DNA of 64,000 bases from Alphaproteobacteria bacterium (GTDB taxonomy: Bacteria > Pseudomonadota > Alphaproteobacteria > GCA-2731375): the NCBI GenBank assembly GCA_965225945.1, contig CBDDBZ010000035.1, positions 1 to 64,000 on the forward strand, given 5' to 3'. The notes beneath the pieces are model-generated. The model was not told the DNA's origin. It did not search any database and saw nothing but the letters and a program-made list of their open reading frames with translations. Made by a program: the position numbers and the translations under genes. This document shows positions 56,615 through 64,000 of this stretch, in pieces. How positions within the stretch are numbered: the stretch's first letter is position 1; each line of letters begins with the position of its first letter.

Positions 56615-58342
56615 TCAGGCGGTCGCGCCGAGCGGACCCTTCAGCACCGTGCCGGGCGTCGCCCCGGTGCTCTCGCCGTCGGCCATCGTCACTCGACCGT
56701 TGACCACGGTCCAGGCGATGCCGTCGGCCTTCTGCACCAGGCGCCGGGCGCCGCCGGGAAGATCCGTCTCCACCGTCGGCAGGCGCGGGCGCACGTTTTC
56801 CTCGTCGAACACCACCACGTCGGCGGCATAACCGGTCCGCAGAAGGCCCCGGTCCGGCAACTCCCAGGCCGATGCGTTGTCGAAGCTCAGCATCCGGACC
56901 GCCTCTTCCAGGGTGAACGCCTGCTTGTCGCGGACCCAATAGCTCAACATGTGGGTCTGCAGCGAGGCCCCCATCTCCTGGCAGACGTGGGCGCCGGAAT
57001 CGGAGAAGGTGGCGAGCGTGCGCGGGTGCCTGAGCATGCCCAGCACGTCCGCCGGCTTGTCGTTCACCAGCGGCTGCACGAAGACCTGATCCTCGTTCTC
57101 CAGCACCAGATCGATCATCACCTCGACCGGGTGCTGGTTGCGCCCGCGCGAGAGCTCCTCGATCGAGGGATCGTCCCAGTTGACGTCGAACATCGCATGG
57201 AGCTTGGTATAGTCCGGCTTCCTCGGATCCGTGGTCGCCGCGCCGCCGCCCTGAAATACGCCCGCCTCCTTGGGCCGCATCTCCGCCTCCGCGGCGACCA
57301 GACGGCTCCGCGTCTCCGGCTCGGCGAGGCGGCGCTTTTGTTCCGCCAAGGGCAGCTCGCGGATCTCGCGCCAGGCCGGCAGCACGTCGAAGGGCAGATA
57401 GGACTTCAAGGTGAAGAGCGCGTTGATCGCGCGGGTCGTGGTCTGCCCGTACATCCGCCCGCCCTTGGCCACCGTGTCGTCGATATAGTCGAGCTGGTAT
57501 TGCCAGTGATTAGGTTCAATCCCCTGCTCGGTCGAGATCGTGCCGAACATCACCGGCCGACCGCTCGCGAGCGCCACCTCCCGCAATTCGTCGAGAAACT
57601 CGCGTTGCGCCTCGCCGCCGGAGACGTCCGGGCCGATCTGGAAGATGCCGGCGTTGAGTTCGGCCATCTGGTTCACCAGATGGCCGAGTTCGCGCCACTC
57701 GGCGATACGGCTCGCCACCGGGCTCTGGTCCGGCGTGAGGTGGGTCGTCGCCCGCGAGGTGGAAAAGCCCATGGCACCGGCCCGTACCGCCTCGGCGACC
57801 GTCCTGCCCATGACCTCGAGGTCGTCGTCGGTGGCGGCCTCGCTGAGCGCCCGCTCGCCCATGACATACATGCGCAGCGCCGAGTGGCCGATATAGGCGC
57901 CGTAATTGATCCCCTTGGGCAGGCTCTCGACCTTGGCCAGATATTCCGGGAAGCTCTCCCAGGTCCAATCGATCCCCGCCATCATCGCACTTGTCGGGAT
58001 ATCCTCCACCGCCTCCAGGCAACGGGCGAACCATTCCTTCTGGTCCGGCGGGCAGGGGGCGAGGGCAAAACCGCAGTTGCCCATGATCACGCTGGTGACG
58101 CCGTGCCAGCAGGAACAACTGCCGAGCGGATCCCAGGCGACCTGCGCGTCCATGTGGGTGTGGCCGTCGATGAAGCCGGGCGCGACGATCAGCCCGTCGG
58201 CATCGAGCGTCTGCTGGGCCGGCGCGCGAATGCGGCCGATCTCGACGATGCGGCCGTTCTTGATTCCGACGTCGGCCTGATAGCGCGCCGCGCCCGAACC
58301 GTCCACGACCGTGCCGTTCCTGAGCACCAAATCCAAAGTCAT
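56615..58342 (-). CDS. N-acyl-D-amino-acid deacylase family amidohydrolase
   Basis: PGFIDGHTHMD, GVTSVIMGNCG, SDSGAH and ADVVVFD motifs. Confidence 0.92.
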   Translation of the reverse strand: MTLDLVLRNGTVVDGSGAARYQADVGIKNGRIVEIGRIRAPAQQTLDADGLIVAPGFIDGHTHMDAQVAWDPLGSCSCWHGVTSVIMGNCGFALAPCPPDQKEWFARCLEAVEDIPTSAMMAGIDWTWESFPEYLAKVESLPKGINYGAYIGHSALRMYVMGERALSEAATDDDLEVMGRTVAEAVRAGAMGFSTSRATTHLTPDQSPVASRIAEWRELGHLVNQMAELNAGIFQIGPDVSGGEAQREFLDELREVALASGRPVMFGTISTEQGIEPNHWQYQLDYIDDTVAKGGRMYGQTTTRAINALFTLKSYLPFDVLPAWREIRELPLAEQKRRLAEPETRSRLVAAEAEMRPKEAGVFQGGGAATTDPRKPDYTKLHAMFDVNWDDPSIEELSRGRNQHPVEVMIDLVLENEDQVFVQPLVNDKPADVLGMLRHPRTLATFSDSGAHVCQEMGASLQTHMLSYWVRDKQAFTLEEAVRMLSFDNASAWELPDRGLLRTGYAADVVVFDEENVRPRLPTVETDLPGGARRLVQKADGIAWTVVNGRVTMADGESTGATPGTVLKGPLGATA

Positions 58343-58379
58343 TATCAAATCTCCCTTCCCCTCCCCGGCCGCCTCGGGC

Positions 58380-59906
58380 TCAGCCCAGGCGCACCACGAT
58401 CGCATGTTCGCCGACGGTGGTCGAGATCTCAATCTCTCCGTCGACCGCGCGCCAATCCTCCGAGCGTTCACCGTCGATCTCGACGACCGCGCCCTCCGGC
58501 CGGACTTTGCTCACTCGGAACGAGGTCGCCTCGCCCGCCGCCCCCGGCCGGCCGGCGTCGGTGGCGATCGCCAAGAGGCGGCGTTCGGCATCGTAACTGG
58601 CCTGCGAGAGGCAGACCTTCGGGAAGTCGACGCCATACACCGTCGGCTCCACGAGCTTGGTGAAATTGGGCCGGTTGAAGAGGTTCCACCAGGCGCCCTC
58701 GCCGCTCAGTTCCGCCATGGCGGCGGCGCCGTTCAACTGTCCGCGAGGGTGCGCTTCACCGAGGACGAAGCCCCAAGTGAACTCCCCCGTGGCTTCGTCC
58801 CAGGTCGGCTCGTGATGGGCTTCCGAATAAGCCTTGAGCTTGGCGTAGAGCACCTCCTCGCCGTATTCCCGGGCGAGCACGATGCCGTAGAGCGTGTCGA
58901 AGTCGCTGAGCCCGGTATCGGCGGTGTCGGCCGCAATCGGCTCCGGTCCGCGCCATTTCAACTCGTCGATCACCGTCTCGAAAAGCGCGCGTGCATCGTC
59001 CGGCCGCCGGGGTCCGACGAACTGCGCGAGCGAGAGCTTCATGAAGCTCTCGTGATCGCCCGGGTGCTTCACCGGGATCAGCGGATCGTAATACATGGTG
59101 AAGGATCCAGCGAGCCTACCGTCACGAATCGGCACATAGTGCGTCTTGCAGTATTCCCACCAAAGGTCATGGACGCGGGTATAATCGCTGCCGTAGAGGA
59201 GATCGTGGAGGCTCAGACCGAGCCCCGCACGGGCCATTCATATAGGCCAGATCTTGGTGTTCTCGCAGTGGCAGCCCTCCGGCCGGGCGGCGATCTGGTC
59301 GGCCAGATGGCGTGCGATGCGCGAGTGCGTCCAGCTGAAGGTGTTCTCGCCGTCGCGTACCATCTCGAAAGGTTGGTTCCACTTCTCGTCGCCGGTGACG
59401 TAGAGGTGGAAGCCCATCGTGAGCACGATGTCGGCCTTGAAGAAGAGATTTCCCTGGGCACCGATCGGATCCATCTCCAGGCCCCAGGGCGCGACACCGT
59501 TCGCGGTCCAGCCCGGTACGTCGTAACGCCCGATCAGCGCCGGTGGGATCATGTGGTGCCATTCCTCGGGATACTGCTCGCGCCTCGGGTCCGCGCCGAT
59601 CTGGTCGAGCCAGTCCTTGGCCGCCCAATAGCCGGTGTAGCGGAAGCAGAATTCGTCGAGGATGCGGCCGTATACCTCCCGCCAAGCGGGCGTCTTGTCG
59701 GCCATCAGGGCCATGCCGAAGCCGGATTGCAGCAGATCGAAGCGATGCCAGGAGCGTCGCGGCTCGCCCGTGACGCCGTCCCAATGGGGGTGCGGCTCGC
59801 CGTCCTTGTCCCAGCTGTCGGGCGTCGTCGCCTTGCGATAAAGGTACCTGAGCCAGCCACGAGATCGATCCGACGTGGCGGGATAGCCGCGCACGCTAGC
59901 GCCCAT
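58380..59906 (-). CDS. Linalool dehydratase/isomerase-like protein, 508 aa, candidate selenoprotein (UGA codon 223)
   Basis: One frame from the RBS-linked ATG 59906 to stop 58380, with a single in-frame TGA at 59238-59240 in CHCENTKIWPI-U-MARAGLGL, followed by a SECIS-like hairpin. Confidence 0.75.
59204..59231 (-). promoter_or_regulatory. Putative bacterial SECIS element
   Basis: CGUG(C)GGGGCUC-GGUCU-GAGCCUCCACG: 11-bp stem with one bulge. The GGUCU loop starts 19 nt after the UGA. Confidence 0.72.
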
Positions 59907-60022
59907 TTCTTCCCCCCTCCCATGAACTCTCCAGACGCGAGGAGGCGCCCGTCGTCTCCCCGGCCGCGGCATTTTAGCAAGAGCCGATGGCGATGGCGAG
60001 TTCGACGCTTTCGGCGCGCCAC

Positions 60023-61078
60023 TCAACCGGCGGCGCGGAACCCCGCGTCGGAGACGTCGCGCTCGCCGACGACGCGGTTGCGGCCGGTCTCCTTGGCCCG
60101 GTAGAGCCCGGCGTCGGCCCGATTGATCAGCTCGGAGAGCGCCTCGCCGAGGCGGTATTGGGCAACGCCGAAGGAAAGCGTGACACTGCCGTAGCTCTCC
60201 CCGGACTTGGTGCTCTTCAACTCGGCCCGGTTCAACCGCTGGCGGAGCTTTTCGGCGACGATCATGGCATCGTCCAGCGCCGTGTTCGGCAATATCACCG
60301 CGAATTCCTCGCCGCCGTAGCGGGCCGGAAGGTCCTGGCCCTTGACGCCGTCCTTGAGCGTGCGGGCGACGATACGCAGGACCGAATCTCCGACCGAATG
60401 ACCGTAGGTGTCGTTGAAGGCCTTGAAGCCGTCGATGGCCAAGAGAAAGAGCGTCAAGGGGCTGCCGTGCTCCATCGCTTGCGCCGCCTCCTCGCGCAGG
60501 CGCTGGTCGAAGCATTTGCGGTTGGCGATACCGGTGAGTGCGTCGGTCATCGCCTCGACCTGGACCCTGCTCAGGTTATGACGCAGCTCCTCGATCTCCC
60601 GGGTCGCCGCCACCAGCTCGTTCTCCAGTTCGCGGCTCCGGCGCACCGCGTCCTCCGTCTCGCGCCGCATCTCGCGAACCACGGCATCGAGGTCATCGGC
60701 TTCCGCGGAAACGAGGTCGCTCGAATAGCCGGCGAGCTTGCGACCGTAGTCACTGTTGTCGGAGCCGGCTTGCTCGACGCTCCGAATGACCCGGCCGATC
60801 TGGTGTTTCAGCGCGATGCTGGTGTCGGCGACCTCGCTGGCTTCGTCGCTCGTCGTGAAGAACCGCGTGTAGATCTGCTCATTCCGCTCCGGGGTGAAGA
60901 GTGCCCCGTCGGAAATCAGGACATCCAGCGCCTTCCTGAGTTCGCCCCGCGCATCCCGGCAATACTCGTACCAGACCAGAAAGTTCGATGGTATCGCCGG
61001 GACCTCGTGCCGAGCCATGAGCTGGAAGGCCTCGTCCGAGAATTGCTTCGCCCGCTCGAGGCCTTCCATATGATACAT
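60023..61078 (-). CDS. GGDEF diguanylate cyclase family protein
   Basis: TDALTGIANR, NDTYGH..GD and RYGGEEF motifs. Coiled-coil N-terminus. Confidence 0.92.
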   Translation of the reverse strand: MYHMEGLERAKQFSDEAFQLMARHEVPAIPSNFLVWYEYCRDARGELRKALDVLISDGALFTPERNEQIYTRFFTTSDEASEVADTSIALKHQIGRVIRSVEQAGSDNSDYGRKLAGYSSDLVSAEADDLDAVVREMRRETEDAVRRSRELENELVAATREIEELRHNLSRVQVEAMTDALTGIANRKCFDQRLREEAAQAMEHGSPLTLFLLAIDGFKAFNDTYGHSVGDSVLRIVARTLKDGVKGQDLPARYGGEEFAVILPNTALDDAMIVAEKLRQRLNRAELKSTKSGESYGSVTLSFGVAQYRLGEALSELINRADAGLYRAKETGRNRVVGERDVSDAGFRAAG

Positions 61079-61280
61079 GGCGGTGCTCTTCCCCTCCGGG
61101 CGAGGCCGTCCGCAAACCGGCCAATTGACGCCGGGCCGCAAGGGCCGCCGGCACCAAGAATATGCGCCGGATTTGTTTCGCGAGCATTAACGAGGCGCCC
61201 GGTTCATCCCGATTCGGCCGCTTCCCACATCGGACCGCGCTCTTGTCCAGGTCACGGTGCGGGCTATCCTGACACCCGGC

Positions 61281-62700
61281 TGAGTCGGACCCGATTTCCT
61301 TGGACACAGAATTGGCTTAATCGAAGTGTCCAAGGAGGACCGGAACATGACCGACAATTTTGAGAACAAAGTTGCTGTTGATGGGCCTGTGGTAAACGAG
61401 GGCGAGCTTGGCTCGTCCACGTTTTCCCCGGGCCAGGTTTCGCCGGCAGGCCCGCTGGGACTTGGCCAGCGGTGGACGGTGACGCGCAAGCGTGAGGTTG
61501 CCCTGCGGCTTTTGCGTGGCGAGCCGGTGGAACTTTTGTCGCGGCAGTTGGGCGTGGAGATTTTCCGGCTCGAGCAGTGGCGTGAGAAGGCGATCGCCGG
61601 GATCGATGCCTCGCTCAAGGAACGCAAGGGCGATCCGGTAAAGGCGGAACTGGACATCGCCATGAAGCGGATCGGGGAGTTGATCATGCAGGTGGAACTG
61701 CTGGAGGCCAAGACGGAGACGTCCGGCCCTTTGGGGCGGCGGAGGTCGCGGCGATGAGTGCCGCCACCTCTCCCGGCACGGGTTTGGCCTACGGCCTCCA
61801 GCGGGTCTGTGCGGCCTGGGGTTTTGCCCGTTCCTCGTTCTACGCCATGAAATCCCGGCAGCAGGCCACCGCTGAGCGCCCACCAGCAAAGCGCCGGGGA
61901 CCGAAGCCCTCGATCTCGGACGAGGCTCTGCTGGTGGCCATCGAGGCCGACCTGGAGGCATCCCCCTGGGAGGGCGAGGGACACCGCAAGGTCTGGGCTC
62001 GGCTTCGGGTCTGTCGTGGCATCCGTGTTTCCCGCAAGCGGGTGCTCCGGGTGATGCGCGAGAACAACCTGCTCTCGCCCCATCGCTGCCGCCGCCGTGG
62101 CGGAAATCCCCATGTCGGTGAGATCATCACCCATGCCCCCAACCTCATGTGGGGCACGGACGGCGTTCGGGTGTTCACGGTGGACGACGGCTGGGGCTGG
62201 ATATTCACCGCCATCGAGCATTGGAACGCCGAGTGCGTCGGCTGGCATGTGTGCAAGCGAGGCGACCGCTTCGCCGCCCTTCAGCCGATCTCCATGGGGC
62301 TTGCGAGGCTGTATGCCTCGACCTCCGCCGGTGCGGCGCGGGGGCTGGCCTTGCGGATGGATCACGGCTCCCAGTATCTGTCGGACCACTTCACCAACCA
62401 GATCAAGTTCTGGGGCATCCAGCCGTCCTACGCCTTCGTCGAACAGCCCCAGACCAACGGCGTCGCCGAGAGGTTCAATCGCACGCTCAAGGAACAGATC
62501 ATCCATGGCCGCATCTACCGCAACATCGCGGAGCTGCGGAACGCCGTCCGCGGGTTCGTCGAACAGTACAATGCCCAGTGGATCGTGGAGAAGAACGGCT
62601 ACCTGAGCCCCGCTCAAGCTCGTCAGGCGTGGCACACCGCGATGTCACTCAGGCCCGCCGCATGAGACAAACTTGTGTCCAAGGAACCGGGTGCGATACA
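61281..62700 (+). mobile_element. IS3-like element (orfA 61347-61757, orfB 61754-62665) with a 14-bp direct repeat
   Basis: TG...CA ends with IRs (TTCCTTGGACACA). WGTD, RMDHGSQY and NGVAERFNRTLKEQ motifs. TCCTGACACCCGGC on both sides. Confidence 0.93.
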
Positions 62701-62736
62701 TCCTGACACCCGGCGAAGTTGAACGGGAGCAATGCG

Positions 62737-63855
62737 ATGATCATCGAACGTATCGAGGCCATTCCGATTTGCGTTCCGCTCAGCCGCACTTTCGGCGGCA
62801 GCGTCTATGCCATGTCGACCCGCTGCACCGTGGTGACCCGGCTTCATCTCGCCGACGGCACCCGGGCCGAGGTCTACAACGGCGACAACCGGAGCCACGG
62901 CGTCGACGTGGCCCAGTTGGTCCGCGACGAGTTGGCGCCGCTGGTGGTCGGCGCCGACGTGCGCGATTGGCGGCGCCACCATCAACGGCTCTGGGAGCGC
63001 GTGCCCGGTGCCGCGATGGCGCCGAAGCATCTCCTGGAGGCGATAGCCTGTCTCGATACCGCGATCTGGGATGCCATCGGCCGGCTCCAAGGCGTCACCG
63101 TGGCGCGGTTGCTGGGCGGCGTCCGGGACTCACTGCCGATCATCTCGATCGGCGGCTACTACGAGGAGGGCAAGAGCCTCGATGATCTCGGCGCCGAAAT
63201 GAAATTCTTGCGCTCCCGCGCCATGGCCGGCTGCAAGGTCAAGGTGGGCGGTCTTTCCCCCGAAGCCGACGCCGAACGGGTCGTCGCCTGCCGCGAGGCG
63301 GCGGGAAGCGACTTCATCCTCGCGGTCGACGCCAACCGGGCCTGGGATCGGCGCGAGGCCATCCGCTTCGCTCGCCTGATCGAGCCGCTCGACATCGCCT
63401 GGTTCGAGGAGCCTTGTCACTGGTTCGACGACGCCGAGCGAATGGCCGAGGTGCGCGCCGCCACCTCGATTCCGATCAACGCCGGGCAGAGCGAAATCAG
63501 CCCGCATGGCGTCAAGCGCCTGATCGAGGCGGGCGCGGTCGACGTCGTCAACTTCGACGCCTCCGAGGCCGGCGGCATCACCGCCTGGTCCGAGGTCGCG
63601 GCGCTCTGCCGCCTGGCCGACGTCCGGATGACCCACCACGAGGAGCCACAGATCGCGCTCCACCTGCTGGCCTCCACGCCGAACGCGATCTGCGTCGAAT
63701 GCTTTGCCGACCCCGAACGCGATCCCGTCTGGGACCGCCTCGATCTCGACGCGCCACGACCGATCGACGGCCGGCTGAGCCTTTCGAAGCGGCCCGGCTT
63801 CGGCATGCGCCTCGACGAGGAGATGGTCGAGCGCTACCGCATCGAGGAGGCATGA
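62737..63855 (+). CDS. Mandelate racemase/muconate lactonizing enzyme family protein
   Basis: DTAIWD, KVKVG, VDAN and WFEEP motifs. Confidence 0.93.
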   Translation: MIIERIEAIPICVPLSRTFGGSVYAMSTRCTVVTRLHLADGTRAEVYNGDNRSHGVDVAQLVRDELAPLVVGADVRDWRRHHQRLWERVPGAAMAPKHLLEAIACLDTAIWDAIGRLQGVTVARLLGGVRDSLPIISIGGYYEEGKSLDDLGAEMKFLRSRAMAGCKVKVGGLSPEADAERVVACREAAGSDFILAVDANRAWDRREAIRFARLIEPLDIAWFEEPCHWFDDAERMAEVRAATSIPINAGQSEISPHGVKRLIEAGAVDVVNFDASEAGGITAWSEVAALCRLADVRMTHHEEPQIALHLLASTPNAICVECFADPERDPVWDRLDLDAPRPIDGRLSLSKRPGFGMRLDEEMVERYRIEEA

Positions 63856-64000
63856 GGCTCGGCACGGCGCCCGAAATCCAGGCTGAGTCGAGGCGTCGAC
63901 TTCACCACCGCGCCGCGCCACGACGGCGAAGCGCCAGCGTTTCCATGTGGTCGGACGGTGCTGTAGCCTTACGGGTCGACAAATTATTGGTTTTCATTTC

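Noticed and set aside
58380-59237. Independent 285-aa gene starting at ATG 59237
   Set aside because: There is no RBS, and it is in frame directly after the TGA of the upstream domain, splitting a conserved motif. One gene explains it better.

Overview
GC-rich bacterial DNA, probably alphaproteobacterial (Rhodospirillales-like), in two parts. (1) 1-53.9 kb is a heavily decayed genomic island ending at an intact tyrosine integrase (52588-53733) next to the 3' half of a tRNA-fMet gene (att site, 53902-53946). It contains more than 20 complete, nested or truncated IS elements (IS21, IS256, IS1595, IS3, IS5, IS6, IS66, IS630, IS1380, ISKra4-like) and a truncated group II intron. Defence-type cargo includes an OLD-like ATPase/TOPRIM nuclease, a CBS-HEPN protein, a DUF3883 nuclease, endonuclease I, a type ISP R-M relic, a Thoeris ThsB-like TIR protein, a T5orf172-DnaJ zinc-finger fusion, an HNH nuclease and an IS66-borne adenine methyltransferase. 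An aapJQMP amino-acid ABC operon is embedded in it. (2) 54-64 kb is chromosomal catabolic backbone. The most striking observation is a linalool dehydratase/isomerase-like gene (58380-59906, minus strand). Its in-frame TGA falls exactly at the second catalytic Cys position and is followed by an fdhF-like bacterial SECIS hairpin, making it a candidate new selenoprotein. Also notable are a 761-bp non-autonomous IS1595-type cassette carrying a leucine-rich-repeat-variant passenger gene and an IS3-like element with a 14-bp target duplication. Several frameshifts and noisy tandem duplications suggest that some indels are sequencing or assembly errors. All family assignments come from motif recognition by eye; no searches were run.
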